45,329 nucleotides of DNA from Synechococcus sp. (GCA_051439425.1 JBFRWD010000177.1:1-45329); one strand, 5' to 3'; shown: positions 10,305 to 22,114, numbered from the stretch's first letter. Numbers and translations: made by a program. The notes: generated by a model not told the origin, from the letters alone.

Positions 10305-11222
10305 ATGGTTAGCGTTAACTCTACCGATGGCGATTCTCGCTGCGATGATGTTCTTATTGAAATTGGTTCGCTGCTTCGCAAGGCTCGCAGTGCCCAAAGA
10401 GTATCTTACGAAGAAGCCTCGCGTGCGGTTCGCATTCGCCCGGATTTTCTAAGAGGGTTGGAAGCGGGCCAATTGGATGGATTGCCCGAGCGAGTGTACG
10501 TGCGCGGGTTTATCAAAGCATATGCCAACTATCTAGGACTAGATGGAGATGCTCTGGCCAGCCGCTTCGCTAGTGCAGCACAACTGGTTCCACCCCCGCG
10601 TCAACAGAAGCGGCGAAGGCCGGTAGGGATGCAACTTCGACCGGTTCATGCCTGGATTGCGTATGTTGCTCTGGTTGTGGGAGCTGTTGGGGGAATTGCA
10701 GTCTTTTTAGATCGCAACGGTACCTTCGACCTTTCGGGGGCAAGTCCGCAAGCATCGATTCGAAACGAAACGTTCCGAGGGGATGACCTGACTGGCAGAG
10801 GCGATCGCTACGGCAATCAATCGTCAGATCTTGCACTATCCTCCACTACTAGCTCGGAAGATGTGTTTCCGACCCTGCAAGACTGGACTTACATTGAAGG
10901 GGTGTTCCCAGCCCGTGATGATTCCCTGACGGCAACGGCGACCCCCGAAGAAATCGTAGAGGGTTTGATTGTTGGCATCCAGGTGGTGGACGCAGCCTCG
11001 TGGGTGCGGGTTGTGGCCGATCGCGAAACCGTCTTTGAAGGAACGCTGCAACCTGGTTTTGAGCAACAATGGGAAGCCGACGAATCCCTAGTGCTTAGGG
11101 CTGGCAATGCTGGTGGAGTGTTGGTCACCCTGAATAACGAAGATGTCGGTCGTATGGGCGATGCGGGAGAAGTGAGAGAGCAGCAATTTATCGTGGCCAA
11201 TGGAGAAGTCGAAGTTCGGTAG
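10305..11222 (+). CDS. rodZ: RodZ-like protein (HTH + transmembrane helix + DUF4115)
   Basis: IGSLLRKAR...YVRGFIKAYANYLGL HTH, one TM helix, and C-terminal SWVRV...LRAGNAGGV. Confidence 0.85.
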   Translation: MVSVNSTDGDSRCDDVLIEIGSLLRKARSAQRVSYEEASRAVRIRPDFLRGLEAGQLDGLPERVYVRGFIKAYANYLGLDGDALASRFASAAQLVPPPRQQKRRRPVGMQLRPVHAWIAYVALVVGAVGGIAVFLDRNGTFDLSGASPQASIRNETFRGDDLTGRGDRYGNQSSDLALSSTTSSEDVFPTLQDWTYIEGVFPARDDSLTATATPEEIVEGLIVGIQVVDAASWVRVVADRETVFEGTLQPGFEQQWEADESLVLRAGNAGGVLVTLNNEDVGRMGDAGEVREQQFIVANGEVEVR

Positions 11223-11410
11223 CTTGGTCGCGGGGTAGCCGAGCGAATCGCTTGAGAACGTGGCACAGTGGGTACGTTGTTGCCTGCACCAAGTTACGTT
11301 ATGGTATTCTGCTCTGAGCCAGGTTGCCGCTCGGAAGCTTGGAATTTCAGGAAGACCGAACACCTAGGACTGAGGCAATAGATTTGCCGTCAGCTTTTTT
11401 CGAAGTCTAA

Positions 11411-12094
11411 ATGTATCTCTACAAGCAAGTTCGTCCCTCTATCATCGCGTTTCGTCCCAATCGAGAAACGCTGGGGGGAACGGCGTATGCCCTCAACCGC
11501 TCGATGACAGCGGCAAAGACAGGCTCACAAGCTACCGATGGAAATGTACTGATTGACTGTCCGGCCCCCACAGACGACGTATGCAGCTTTTTGGAGGAGT
11601 TGGGAGGGGTGCGGTGGCTCATCCTGACTCATCGCACGGCTATGGGCAAGCCTGGGTCGAGCAATGCTTGCGTGGCAAAGCTGGTACGACTCTTTGACTG
11701 CCAAGTGGTCATCCAAGAACAAGAGGCCTACTTGTTACCCGACTTGCCGCTGCAGACGTTTGGCGATCGCCTCGAACTCACCCCTGATATAGAGGTGCTT
11801 TGGACTCCCGGTCACACGCCTGGATCCAGTTGCGTCCTGTACCGCCAAGACGGTGGCGTCCTATTCACCGGTCGTCACTTATTGCCCAACGAGTCCGGTC
11901 AGCTCGTACCTCTCCGGCAACCCAAAACCTTTCACTGGCCTCGCCAGTTGCGCAGTACCACCCGCCTGTTAAGTGCGATTGACTCTCCAGCTCCGGAGTG
12001 GATATGCCCTGGTGGCAATCTTGGCAAATTGTGGGGGGAAAAGATTATGCAACAGGGTCGTCAACTGCTCGAAGCAGCGGCTCAACTCAGTTAA
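11411..12094 (+). CDS. MBL-fold metallo-hydrolase (cyanobacterial type)
   Basis: NRETLGGTAY, NVLIDCP, LTHR and WTPGHTPGSSC motifs. Confidence 0.85.
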   Translation: MYLYKQVRPSIIAFRPNRETLGGTAYALNRSMTAAKTGSQATDGNVLIDCPAPTDDVCSFLEELGGVRWLILTHRTAMGKPGSSNACVAKLVRLFDCQVVIQEQEAYLLPDLPLQTFGDRLELTPDIEVLWTPGHTPGSSCVLYRQDGGVLFTGRHLLPNESGQLVPLRQPKTFHWPRQLRSTTRLLSAIDSPAPEWICPGGNLGKLWGEKIMQQGRQLLEAAAQLS

Positions 12095-12415
12095 CAACCA
12101 CTCACTTGAGATGCTGGATTCGAGAGTTCAAAGCTAACGTACATTCTGCACCGTCAATTCCCCTTGCTCGCACCGAAAACGATCTTATTTTGACAGTTCT
12201 GTTAATATTTTTTAATGCTTGGTCTACCCTACTAGCGTTCCACCACAATATCGAGGCACGGCACGGTAACGACATCGAGAGCAAATCATGCCAGTAGTAT
12301 TGAAATTTTCTATGGTTTGCATCTACTGATGGCTCGGACAACTGGCTCAAAAGTGCTGTTGCACTTCTGGCTGCGACTCAATGTTTCAAGTTAGGCGTCT
12401 TCATTAGGAAAACCT

Positions 12416-13906
12416 TTGAACACTCGTAATCTCACCGCTTATTTCCCCTCTTGGTGCTCCCTCAGACGGGAGTGGCTCGCTAACCCTAAAGACGATCTCC
12501 TCGCCGGAGCCTTGGTCGGACTAGCGCTCATTCCAGAAGCCATCTCCTTTTCAATCATCGCTGGAGTCGATCCCAAAGTCGGCCTCTATGCCTCATTTAT
12601 CATTGCCGTCATCACGGCCTTTCTCGGTGGCCGGCCCGGATCGATTTCAGCGGCAACCGGCGCGATGGCACTGCTAATGATCGATCTCGTGGCCGATCAC
12701 GGCGAACAAGGATTGCAATATCTCCTTGCCGCAACCTTCCTCACGGGGATATTCCAGGTGATCTTCGGCTTTCTCAAGCTGGGCCGTCAGATGAAGTTCG
12801 TGCCTCGCTCGGTGATGATCGGCTACATCAATGCCCTCGGCATCCTGCTTTTCCTCGCACAGCTTCCCCAGCTCACGGACGTTCCCTCTATGGTTTACGT
12901 ACTGGTGCTAGCGGCTTTAGGTATCATCTACATACTTCCTCGCTTCACAACGGTTGTTCCATCTCCGCTGGTTGCTCTTGTGGTCATTACCGCCGTCGCG
13001 ATCTCGTTGGGCTTAGATGTTCCGACCGTAGGCGATATGGGCCAACTCCCCACCGCACCGCCCGTCTTTGCGCTGCCCAATGTGCCGTTCAACCTGGAAA
13101 CCTTACAAATCATTCTGCCGTATTCGTTCTCCCTGGCTGTCGTCGGCTTAATCGCCTCATTCCTAACGGCTTCCTTGGTAGATGACCTGACAGATACACC
13201 GAGTGATAAAAACCGCGAAGCCAAAGGACAAGGTGTTGCAAACATAGTGACGGCCTTCTTTGGAGGTATGGCTGGATGCGGCATGATTGGCCAATCGGTC
13301 ATCAATGTGCGATCGGGCGGTCGCGGTCGCTTGTCCACATTATCGGCAGGCATTTTCTTGCTGATTGCGATTCTGTTCTTGCAAGACTGGGTCAGACAGA
13401 TTCCAATGGCAGCATTGGTAGCCGTCATGATCATGGTCTCGATCGGCACGTTTCGCTGGTCGTCGTTCACGAATATTCGACGCGTGCCTCGCAGCGAAGT
13501 GGTTGTCATGATCAACACAATGCTGATGATTATTGTCACCCGAAACTTCGCGCTTGGGGTTGGCGTCGGCATTGTGATGAGCACCATTTTCTTTTCTCGT
13601 AAGGTGGCCAAACTGTTTCTGGTCGATAAAGCCTTGAGTGACGATGGTGCTCATTGCACCTACACAGTTTCAGGACAAATTTTCTTTGTCTCTCGTGACG
13701 CGTTTTCAGTATCCTTTGACTTCGATGAATCCGTTGAGCAAGTCACCATCGATCTCAGTAATGCTCACATCTGGGATCAAGGGGCTGTAGAAGTGCTCGA
13801 CAAAACCGTGCAGCGATTCCGTCGTCAAGGGGTTGACGTCACAGTGGTTGGCTTGAACGAAGCCAGTTCGACTTTGTTCAATCGCCTGGCCACCGCGAAG
13901 GGATAA
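12416..13906 (+). CDS. SulP-family inorganic anion transporter with STAS domain
   Basis: [36 protein letters not shown], multiple TM helices and a C-terminal STAS domain. Confidence 0.93.
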   Translation: MNTRNLTAYFPSWCSLRREWLANPKDDLLAGALVGLALIPEAISFSIIAGVDPKVGLYASFIIAVITAFLGGRPGSISAATGAMALLMIDLVADHGEQGLQYLLAATFLTGIFQVIFGFLKLGRQMKFVPRSVMIGYINALGILLFLAQLPQLTDVPSMVYVLVLAALGIIYILPRFTTVVPSPLVALVVITAVAISLGLDVPTVGDMGQLPTAPPVFALPNVPFNLETLQIILPYSFSLAVVGLIASFLTASLVDDLTDTPSDKNREAKGQGVANIVTAFFGGMAGCGMIGQSVINVRSGGRGRLSTLSAGIFLLIAILFLQDWVRQIPMAALVAVMIMVSIGTFRWSSFTNIRRVPRSEVVVMINTMLMIIVTRNFALGVGVGIVMSTIFFSRKVAKLFLVDKALSDDGAHCTYTVSGQIFFVSRDAFSVSFDFDESVEQVTIDLSNAHIWDQGAVEVLDKTVQRFRRQGVDVTVVGLNEASSTLFNRLATAKG

Positions 13907-14107
13907 GCGCACTCCTCAACAATGATCGCAACGCCTTTTCCGAGAGAGCCCATTTCAAAGTAAGGCTGACCAAACACCAGTTCGAGGGAACTCTCGATCG
14001 GGATAATTGCCTCGCATCACAGCGAAACTATTGGGGTTCAAATCTCTTGCTCTCTTCTCCCATGAAGGGTTAGGAATGAGGGTTGTCGAACTCAGATTAA
14101 CTAAGAA

Positions 14108-14752
14108 CTACGCCGCCTTGGAGTTCTCCTGCCATCGGTAATAGTCCTGACAAATATTTTGAGTGAGACGATTGCACATGCGGCGTGCCACCTGATTCAC
14201 CAATGCTTCTGCGACCGATCGCACGCGCTTGCGCGGCAGTAGCTGTAAGAAGCGAGGCAACTCTACTACGATATCGAGATGCAGCGTCCAGAATACTCGT
14301 GTAACAGCAGCTGCTTTTTCTTGCCGTTCTTCCAATCGAAACTCGGAGGAACAATCGACAGAATATGGCAGCTCGTCATCGCCAGGTAACGGGATGGAAT
14401 TCAGGAAAAATAGGCGATCGCCCTTAGACCCTATTTCGATCCCAAAACAGGGTTCCAGCTCAAATCCCAACGCCCCCATTCGGAAAAACTTAAGTTGGTA
14501 AGACTTTGGGGTGAGCGGAGTGACCTTAAGAGGTTTAAAGCAAGGCTCGATCCACTGTTCGTGAGAGCGCAAATAATCGGCAAGTGGAGCCACGGGTGTC
14601 GATAAATCGACCTCTCCGGCTTGATTGGCATAGACCCGTAGGTACCTGCTATCCAGGGCCTCCTGTTCCAGGGCTCCCTTATCTTGAATGCCATTGTCCA
14701 CGGTCTCAAGCACGGAACGATTAGCGGCGGGTTTGGAGCTTGCGATAGACAT
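14108..14752 (-). CDS. DUF1997-like cyanobacterial protein
   Basis: W..CFKPLKV...Y.L...G..GFELEP pattern; C-terminal NQV...RL...I..DY. Confidence 0.7.
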   Translation of the reverse strand: MSIASSKPAANRSVLETVDNGIQDKGALEQEALDSRYLRVYANQAGEVDLSTPVAPLADYLRSHEQWIEPCFKPLKVTPLTPKSYQLKFFRMGALGFELEPCFGIEIGSKGDRLFFLNSIPLPGDDELPYSVDCSSEFRLEERQEKAAAVTRVFWTLHLDIVVELPRFLQLLPRKRVRSVAEALVNQVARRMCNRLTQNICQDYYRWQENSKAA

Positions 14753-15380
14753 CCTTCAGATCTACGTGGTGGTGGGCTAAAGCAACGAGGCAGTGATACC
14801 AAAGGTCGGCTACCTCACCAGCGAGCGCATCAGCGTCATCGTCCTTAGCAGCCATGACGACTTCAGCGGCTTCTTCACCGATCTTCTTTAATATGCCGTT
14901 ATCGCCTTTCTCAAACAACCGATTCGTATAGGAATCTGGCTTGGGATGAGCCTGACGGTCTTGGATAACGGCAAACACCTGCGAGAGGGTATCGGCTGCA
15001 GTGGCCACTTCAGAGGTGGACTGTAGCGGAGTAAAGAAGCAACTGCGCTCGCCAGTGTGGCAGGCAATATCCCCGCTCTGCTCCACCATGACAAGCAAGG
15101 TGTCGCGATCGCAGTCATATCGCAGCTCTCGTACCTGCTGAGTGTGCCCGGATGTGGCTCCCTTATGCCATAACTCTTGGCGAGATCGGCTCCAGAACCA
15201 CGTTTCGCCCGTTTCCATCGTCTTTTGAAGAGACTCCCGGTTCATCCAAGCCACCATTAATACGGTGCCATCCAGATAGTCCTGCACAACGGTGGGAATT
15301 AAACCGCGTTCGTCGTAGACGAAGGAGTCAATCTCGGCGAGCAGCTCAGAGGAAGGGGATGAGATGGGGGGGACGGTCAT
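14721..15380 (-). CDS. hisIE: Bifunctional phosphoribosyl-AMP cyclohydrolase / phosphoribosyl-ATP diphosphatase
   Basis: [35 protein letters not shown] and EVADLWYH motifs. Confidence 0.96.
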   Translation of the reverse strand: MTVPPISSPSSELLAEIDSFVYDERGLIPTVVQDYLDGTVLMVAWMNRESLQKTMETGETWFWSRSRQELWHKGATSGHTQQVRELRYDCDRDTLLVMVEQSGDIACHTGERSCFFTPLQSTSEVATAADTLSQVFAVIQDRQAHPKPDSYTNRLFEKGDNGILKKIGEEAAEVVMAAKDDDADALAGEVADLWYHCLVALAHHHVDLKDVYRKLQTRR

Positions 15381-15864
15381 ACTGCAGACTCAAAACGATG
15401 CTGCGCTGCGATGACAGCGTAGCGCTTCAACATCATAGAACTTGTGGTTGAACAACCTCTACGATGGTGATGGAGATCGCATCTCAATTGCTCGTTATGC
15501 GATGCAGCTAGATAAGAGTGTGTCTGGAGATTGCTCCTCGTTTTGATGCCTAGGCTACCTGTGCTTGATTTCCCCACAGAGATGTCCAGTAGAGTTTGAT
15601 GCGGACCCACAATGCTGTGCGGTCTTGAATATTTCGCCTGTTGGATAATTGGAGTCCCTATTGATAGGACTCTATGTCGCCTAACCCAGTTGGGTATTGA
15701 GGCGCATCATAACTAGGCTGTATCTACCGTCTACTGGAGAGGGCACGGAGCCGAGTTGATATTGAGATTGGATCGCTGGGTGGGAGCGTATGGAATGCTT
15801 TGATGAAGTTTTCTTAAGATGCGCGATACACTTGCATAGTGCGAACTTAACGAGCTACCCCCTC

Positions 15865-16272
15865 ATGTGGATATCTGAGAACTGGTTACAGCAACTTCGA
15901 AAAGTGGCAGCCACTCTGGTTGGTGCAGTCACGCTATTTTGCTTGCTAGTTCCTTTGCTTGCCCCTACCGCTACTGCCGCTGAGCTGATGCTTGATGGCG
16001 ATAGCTATGGAGAGTCCTGGCTGGAGGCAAGCTCTACTGAGAAGTTGGAATATTGCCGGTATGCATTCTCGGCATTTCGGTCGGCACCATCCACCAGCTA
16101 TGTGATTAGCTCTAACGTTCAAGACATCTCCCCTGAAGGCTTTTGTACGCGCCTCGATCAGTTTTATGGATTTGAGGTGAATTTGGACACGCCCCTCAGC
16201 GAAGCAGCGGCGATCGCCCCTTTGCTGTTTGCCGATGTTTCGATGGACTTTCAAGTAGAGCAAGCCCCTTAG
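15865..16272 (+). CDS. Hypothetical exported protein
   Basis: Signal-peptide-like N-terminus ending in ATA-AE, acidic mature part with two Cys. Start ATG 15865. Confidence 0.65.
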   Translation: MWISENWLQQLRKVAATLVGAVTLFCLLVPLLAPTATAAELMLDGDSYGESWLEASSTEKLEYCRYAFSAFRSAPSTSYVISSNVQDISPEGFCTRLDQFYGFEVNLDTPLSEAAAIAPLLFADVSMDFQVEQAP

Positions 16273-16444
16273 CTTGCTGCGCACAGTGCCGGCAGGCTGG
16301 GACAGGAGCACTTGAGCGTACGGCAAGTACACTCAGTGAAGACTCCGACTGGCGGCTCAACTGGAGTTCTTATTCTTCGTTTCGGATCGACTATAAACCT
16401 CTGATTCGATTTCTACCCGTCCGATATCCGTTCTCAACATCTCC

Positions 16445-17257
16445 ATGCTGAAAAAACTGCCCGGTTTCAAAAATCGCAAAAATATCGCTCGGATTGAGAT
16501 TTCGGGGGCGATCGACGGCAAAACACGCACCCGCGTCTTGAAAGCAATTCAGCAGGTGAGAGATGAAGAATACCCGGTGCTGATGATGCGGATCGATAGT
16601 CCGGGGGGCACGGTGGTAGACTCTCACGAAATTTATCGAGCCTTACTAGAGCTGCAGGAAAAGGGCACGAAAGTACTGGCTAGCTTTGGCAATATCGCAG
16701 CTTCGGGCGGGGTTTACATTGCTATGGGGGCTCAGCACATCATGTCGAACCCCGGCACCATTACTGGCAGTGTGGGGGTAATTCTGCGAGGCAACAATCT
16801 AGAGCGCTTGCTGGATAAAGTCGGTGTGTCTTTCAAGGTGATTAAGTCTGGTCCCTATAAAGACATTCTGTCGTTCGATCGCGAACTCACCCCGTCCGAG
16901 CAGCAAATTCTACAGTCGTTGATCGACAGTACTTACAGCCAATTCGTGCAAACCATTGTTAAGGCCCGCAAGCTGAGTTTGGCCGCAGTTCATGATTTTG
17001 CTGACGGTCGGATTTTTAGCGGCGAACAGGCGCAGGAGTTGGGACTGGTGGATCGCCTTGGGACGGAGGAGGACGCTCGTCGATGGGCAGCGGAATTGGC
17101 AGGACTGAACGAGAAGACCGCTAAGTTCGTGGAATTTGGCAAACAAAAAAAGATGGGATTACTGGGACGACTCTTACCCGGACAACAGCTCCTATTGCAG
17201 CGGGCTGAATTCGAGCTAATGACCTCCGGATTACCGCTGTGGATGTATAGTCCTTAG
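16445..17257 (+). CDS. sppA: Signal peptide peptidase SppA (36K type, S49)
   Basis: RIDSPGG, AASGGVY, GTITGSVGV, KSGPYKD and ADGRIFSGEQA motifs. Confidence 0.95.
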   Translation: MLKKLPGFKNRKNIARIEISGAIDGKTRTRVLKAIQQVRDEEYPVLMMRIDSPGGTVVDSHEIYRALLELQEKGTKVLASFGNIAASGGVYIAMGAQHIMSNPGTITGSVGVILRGNNLERLLDKVGVSFKVIKSGPYKDILSFDRELTPSEQQILQSLIDSTYSQFVQTIVKARKLSLAAVHDFADGRIFSGEQAQELGLVDRLGTEEDARRWAAELAGLNEKTAKFVEFGKQKKMGLLGRLLPGQQLLLQRAEFELMTSGLPLWMYSP

Positions 17258-17407
17258 TGGTTTGCAGGCTTGCTATAGAGAGACTCATCACACGGCAAAT
17301 ACATTGCAGCCAGCCTGAAAGAGCGCAAATCCCCATCACTTCTATGGTGACCAAACTAAACAGTAGGTTTACCCTGGCTCAAGCACCGCGCTAGCCCCCG
17401 CGCCCTT

Positions 17408-17971
17408 TTATCTTTCGTTGACCGATCGCAATAGCAGTGCAGGCAGTTGCCCCAGAGTGTGCTCGAATGCACTTGTATCTCCCAACACTCTCGAGACGAT
17501 GAGGGCTCCCTCCACTGCGATCGCGGCTTCTGTGCCTCGTTGTTGAGCCACTTCAGCGGTCAGATTCGCTTCGATTAGGACCTGAGTTACAGCGGCAATC
17601 CAAGCGCGCATCGTATTTTGTAGGGAACCGCGAAATACTTGATTGGCATCTCCCACCGATAAGGCTTCTAACAAACAGGGAGTATTTCCATTGGCGTAAA
17701 ACCTTTGTAGGTTAGCAGCCATTGTCAGCAGGCGATCGTGCGGTGACTCCTGCGGGTTCGCGATGAGCGGAGTCAACACCATCGCGGTAAATACTTGATT
17801 GAATTGTTCTAATACTGCTGCGGCCATGTCTTCCTTTCCCCCACGAAAATGGTGATAGAGACTGGCTTTTCCCAAACCACTGGCTTGCGACAGACGAGTC
17901 AACGTAGCTCCGTCATACCCGTGCTGGCTAAACACTGGCGTGAATTGAGCAATGGCCTGTTCCTTAGACAT
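17408..17971 (-). CDS. TetR/AcrR-family transcriptional regulator
   Basis: VFSQHGYDGATL..LSQASGLGKASLYHHF HTH. ATG 17971 preferred. Confidence 0.93.
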   Translation of the reverse strand: MSKEQAIAQFTPVFSQHGYDGATLTRLSQASGLGKASLYHHFRGGKEDMAAAVLEQFNQVFTAMVLTPLIANPQESPHDRLLTMAANLQRFYANGNTPCLLEALSVGDANQVFRGSLQNTMRAWIAAVTQVLIEANLTAEVAQQRGTEAAIAVEGALIVSRVLGDTSAFEHTLGQLPALLLRSVNER

Positions 17972-18015
17972 TGGCGATTGGGGCAGCTGTGGTGAAGACG
18001 CACTCGTAAATGTCA

Positions 18016-18045
18016 ATTACTAAACCGAACGTTCGGTTTAGTAAT
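18016..18045. promoter_or_regulatory. Perfect 30-bp palindrome, probable TetR operator
   Basis: ATTACTAAACCGAAC|GTTCGGTTTAGTAAT, located between the divergent tetR and S41 protease genes. Confidence 0.75.
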
Positions 18046-18255
18046 CCATACTCAAAGTTTTAACCACAATTTTTCTCTGTAGCTACTGTTAAAACTCGAT
18101 CCAATAAGTTCTGGTGAATTCTGGAATCACTTCTCAGAACAATCGGAGACGACGATCCGGTGATGACACATTCACTATCCGGAGACAAGGTTAATTTCTT
18201 ACCATTTCGTAGACCAGTCTATGGCTACTATGGTGGAAATCTAGCCAACACGCCG

Positions 18256-19491
18256 ATGAACACCCTGTCCAAGTCCCTCCGCATTGCTGCCACGCTAACC
18301 ATGGCCGGTGTGTTGTCTTTGCAGCTCGCCTCCCCCAGCTCTGCAGAACTGCGCAGCAGCCCCAAAGAGATTGTGGATGAAGTGTGGCAGGTGGTGAACC
18401 GCGAGTTTGTGGACGGTAACTTTAACGATACTGACTGGCTGGCTCGCCGAGACGAATTACTGGCACGCGACTATGCTACGGAAGAAGACGCTTACGCCGA
18501 GATCCGAATCGCTCTTTCAGGGTTAGGCGATCCCTTCACCCGCTTTTTAGACCCCGATGACTTTTCTCAGATGCAAATTGAGACAGCTGGAGAATTATCG
18601 GGAGTGGGCATGCAGTTGGGGACGGTTGAGGAAACGGAAGAACTTGTTGTGGTTGCCCCGACAGAAGGGGGACCTGCTGCTGAAGCAGGAATTACAACGG
18701 GAGATATCCTAACGGCGATCGATGGCGAAAGTACAGCCGACATGGATATTAGCCAGGCGGTTAACCTCATTCGCGGTGAGGTAGGTACTGAAGTCACCTT
18801 GACGATGAAGCGGGACACCGAAACGCTTGACTTTACAGTGACTCGTGAAGTGATTGCTTTGCCTGTTGTCACTCACGATATTCGTCAGGAAAACGGGCAG
18901 TCGATTGGTTATATTCGACTATCGCAATTTAGTAGCCATGCGGCAGAGGAGATGCAGGCGGCGTTAGAAGAGTTAGAAGCTGCCAATATTGATGGATACG
19001 TCTTGGACTTGCGATCGAATCCCGGGGGGCTGTTATTTGCCAGCACTGAGATTGCTCGCATGTTTATGAATGATGGGGCGATTGTGTCGGTAGACGATCG
19101 CAACGGCGAGCGCGATGTGATTGAAGCCACCGGTTCCGCTCTGTCGGATAAGCCGCTGGCGGTGTTGGTCAACGGTGCCAGTGCTAGCGCCAGCGAAATT
19201 TTAGCCGGTGCACTACAGGATAGCGATCGCGCTGTTTTGGTGGGTAGCCAAACCTTTGGCAAAGGCTCCGTGCAATCGGTTCATAATCTGTCGGGGGGGA
19301 CGGGGTTAGCTGTCACGATTGCTCGCTACCGCACTCCCTCCGGTCGCGATATCAACCAACTGGGTATTGCCCCCGACATTGAGGTAGAGTTAAGCACCTC
19401 TGATGTCCTACAGCTGAATCTTGACCCGAATAACATTGGTACTCAAGCCGATCCTCAATACGCTGCCGCTATCGGTGCTTTGGGTTTGTAA
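18256..19491 (+). CDS. Carboxyl-terminal processing protease (S41A, CtpA/B/C family)
   Basis: Signal peptide, DPFTRFL, PDZ domain, LDLRSNPGG, catalytic SASASEI and TFGKG. Start ATG 18256. Confidence 0.95.
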   Translation: MNTLSKSLRIAATLTMAGVLSLQLASPSSAELRSSPKEIVDEVWQVVNREFVDGNFNDTDWLARRDELLARDYATEEDAYAEIRIALSGLGDPFTRFLDPDDFSQMQIETAGELSGVGMQLGTVEETEELVVVAPTEGGPAAEAGITTGDILTAIDGESTADMDISQAVNLIRGEVGTEVTLTMKRDTETLDFTVTREVIALPVVTHDIRQENGQSIGYIRLSQFSSHAAEEMQAALEELEAANIDGYVLDLRSNPGGLLFASTEIARMFMNDGAIVSVDDRNGERDVIEATGSALSDKPLAVLVNGASASASEILAGALQDSDRAVLVGSQTFGKGSVQSVHNLSGGTGLAVTIARYRTPSGRDINQLGIAPDIEVELSTSDVLQLNLDPNNIGTQADPQYAAAIGALGL

Positions 19492-19562
19492 AGACGCTCC
19501 AATCAAGTCGAGGCTTCGTTGAATCTTGGGAGCACGTGCTTATATCTTTGGAGACTCTCAGC

Positions 19563-21125
19563 TTAAAAATAGGCTAGTTTGCGGAGCTGGTAGCTGCGGG
19601 CATAAGCCAATGCGATAGTGGGAATTAAGCAGCCAATAGAGATCGCAGCGATCGCGATACCCAGCCAACTATGATCGGCACTAGCGCCACTCACGACTAG
19701 CCACAGCATGTAGTGAAGGAATTGCAATATCAGCAGAATAGTGTCTTGTCGCCGTTCTTTTCCTTTCTTGAAGAGGTCAGCATTATCGATCCCACGGGCG
19801 CTCCACAACCCCATAACGCAAGTACTGGCTGTGGCAATACCGGTAATGATGAGCGTAACCATCCAAGGGACTTCGAGCCAGATGGCAATGCCGATAAAAG
19901 GAAATGAGAGTGCCATTGCCGGTATCCAGGCAGCGAGTAGCTTAGACATTCTCATGGTTGCTGGTGGTACGGGGCAGGACAGGAGAAGCTCGCGAGCTTC
20001 TTCGGCGATCGCCATGCGTCGAATCAGTTGCGAGGCCAGACTGGTGCCAGCATAGAGGGTCAGGCTGGAGAGAAATATCGGGGTGGTGATGGTGTTTCCA
20101 TCGAGCTGACGGGTAAATAAGTGAATGAAGTATCCGTATACCAAGACTTGGAGAACGAGTGAAGCACGAATCGTATTGTCTCGCCACAGCAATCGCCATT
20201 CCTTCACCATAAATAGCCAACTTAAGTTGTCTGAAAATGTCTGTGAACGGGGCTTGTCTAGCGGCGCTTTTTCTTTGGGGCGATCGCGAGTAGGAGCCGT
20301 ACTATTCACAATTGTCCGACTGATGATGCGGGTGGCAGCCATGACGCTGAGGGTGGCGACGCCCGCACAGGCTATGGTGGGGAGTGGTTCCAGGAAAGTC
20401 GTGCGGATCAAAAGATTAGGGATGACGGCAGCGAGGGCCACTAAATACTGACGACCAGGAATATGCTCGTTAACGTTGGCCAAAGCAGGAGCAATGACGT
20501 TGGCAAACAGTAAGTACGTCAGAAAGAAGGAGCCGTTAAAAACCTGCACGAGAAAGCGTGTAGTACGGAATCCCAATCGGCGAATGCCGAGATAAATGAG
20601 CGACATTCCCAGGCTGGCGGTGATTGTGCTAAAAGACACAATCGCCACGTAACCTCCTAAAACCTCCCACATACCTCTAGCTAGTAACAGCACTACAACC
20701 GGTGTAAATAAAACACTCGGTATAGTCGCTAGGTCGATGATGAGTTCCAGTAACTCGCTACAGATCGCTACGGAATTGTGGATGGGGGACGCCAGCAATA
20801 ATTCCAGGTCGGTACTGCTGCCAAATAGTTGCATTCCGCTAGCAAGCACCCCTATGAAGGACAGGCAGAATAAAAACAGCAGGAAAGAGAAGAAACCAGC
20901 ACTCGTCAAGGTTGCCTGCAATTGGGGAATACCTGCTCGTAATTGCTCGGCATCAGGGAGTATTGGGAGTATCGATATCAGTAAGGCCAACATGCCCAGT
21001 ACGAGTACCGAACCGAGTAGGGCCAGCCAAATAATGACGGCCCGATTCTGAGCCCTTTGTCGCCAAGATAATTTGAGTTTGTGCCGTACAAGCCATGGCA
21101 AACTGCCCACTGGAAATACATTCAT
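19563..21125 (-). CDS. Putative ABC-2-type exporter permease
   Basis: Many TM helices, a duplicated LLLA/SxP motif and KEWRLLWRD; downstream of an ABC ATPase. Alternative start at 21167. Confidence 0.75.
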   Translation of the reverse strand: MNVFPVGSLPWLVRHKLKLSWRQRAQNRAVIIWLALLGSVLVLGMLALLISILPILPDAEQLRAGIPQLQATLTSAGFFSFLLFLFCLSFIGVLASGMQLFGSSTDLELLLASPIHNSVAICSELLELIIDLATIPSVLFTPVVVLLLARGMWEVLGGYVAIVSFSTITASLGMSLIYLGIRRLGFRTTRFLVQVFNGSFFLTYLLFANVIAPALANVNEHIPGRQYLVALAAVIPNLLIRTTFLEPLPTIACAGVATLSVMAATRIISRTIVNSTAPTRDRPKEKAPLDKPRSQTFSDNLSWLFMVKEWRLLWRDNTIRASLVLQVLVYGYFIHLFTRQLDGNTITTPIFLSSLTLYAGTSLASQLIRRMAIAEEARELLLSCPVPPATMRMSKLLAAWIPAMALSFPFIGIAIWLEVPWMVTLIITGIATASTCVMGLWSARGIDNADLFKKGKERRQDTILLILQFLHYMLWLVVSGASADHSWLGIAIAAISIGCLIPTIALAYARSYQLRKLAYF

Positions 21126-21194
21126 CCTGCAATCTGTGCTCCCGACGCTTGTATTCAGACATTTCAATCTGTCTCGTCCGTTGCCATTGCCCCA

Positions 21195-21929
21195 TTAATC
21201 TCGGGTTAGGCTGATGAAAATAGACTCCAGTGTGCCGTCGGTAGTACCTGCTTTTTGTGCCAACTCGTCTAGAGAGCCTTCTGCAAGCAATCGACCATCG
21301 CGAATAATCCCGATACGACTAGCAATTCGCTCGGCAATTTCCATGATGTGGGTGGTCATGACGACGCTATTTCCCTTGCGAATAAATTCCGCAATCATGT
21401 CTTTGACCAGCCTGGCCGCCGAAGCATCTAGCCCCAACAACGGCTCATCCAAAATCATCAGGGTGGGTGAGTGGATAAACGCTGCCGCGAGCATCAACTT
21501 CTGTTTCATGCCTCGCGAAAAGCTTTCGCAAAATTTGTCACGAGCATCCCATAATTCCATGCGTTCCAGCAGCTCGTAAGCCTGAGGTTGAGCGACATCG
21601 GGAGGGATACTCCACAAACCCGCCACAAATTCCAGATATTCCATCGGGCGCAATTTGGCATATAGCAGCGGTTCGTCTGGAACGTAGGCTAACGCTTGTT
21701 TGGCTGCCATCGGGGTTTCGGTAATGCTGTGGCCGGCGATCGCCGCATCTCCCGAGTCGGGTTCCAACAACCCGGCAATCATTCGTAACGTGGTGGTTTT
21801 GCCCGCACCATTGGAGCCCAGTAAGGCGTAAAACTCTCCACGCTTAACTTTCAGGTTGAGGCGATCGACCGCTTGTTTATCGCCATACGATTTACAGAGG
21901 TCTTGGATATTGAGGGCAAGGTCGTTCAT
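21195..21929 (-). CDS. ABC transporter ATP-binding protein
   Basis: Walker A GSNGAGKTT, signature FSRGMKQK, Walker B ILDEP. Start MNDLAL at 21929. Confidence 0.95.
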   Translation of the reverse strand: MNDLALNIQDLCKSYGDKQAVDRLNLKVKRGEFYALLGSNGAGKTTTLRMIAGLLEPDSGDAAIAGHSITETPMAAKQALAYVPDEPLLYAKLRPMEYLEFVAGLWSIPPDVAQPQAYELLERMELWDARDKFCESFSRGMKQKLMLAAAFIHSPTLMILDEPLLGLDASAARLVKDMIAEFIRKGNSVVMTTHIMEIAERIASRIGIIRDGRLLAEGSLDELAQKAGTTDGTLESIFISLTRD

Positions 21930-22114
21930 ACGGCAAGGTCGTGCGCACTGCAAAACTGGCATCACCACAGCAAGCGTTCCCCAGACCGAGTGGAGATCGC
22001 CCTACCAGCCTGCTCTCCTGAGGTACATGGCGTCCAATCCCGCGCATACTGTAGGTGATATCACGAATTAACAATGGTGTTGAGTGACAAGTTCACAGCA
22101 GGAGAACATTCCTC

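Noticed and set aside
12095..12415. Riboswitch upstream of SulP
   Set aside because: Only short hairpins (e.g. AAGTGC-TGTT-GCACTT); no riboswitch consensus I can recognise.
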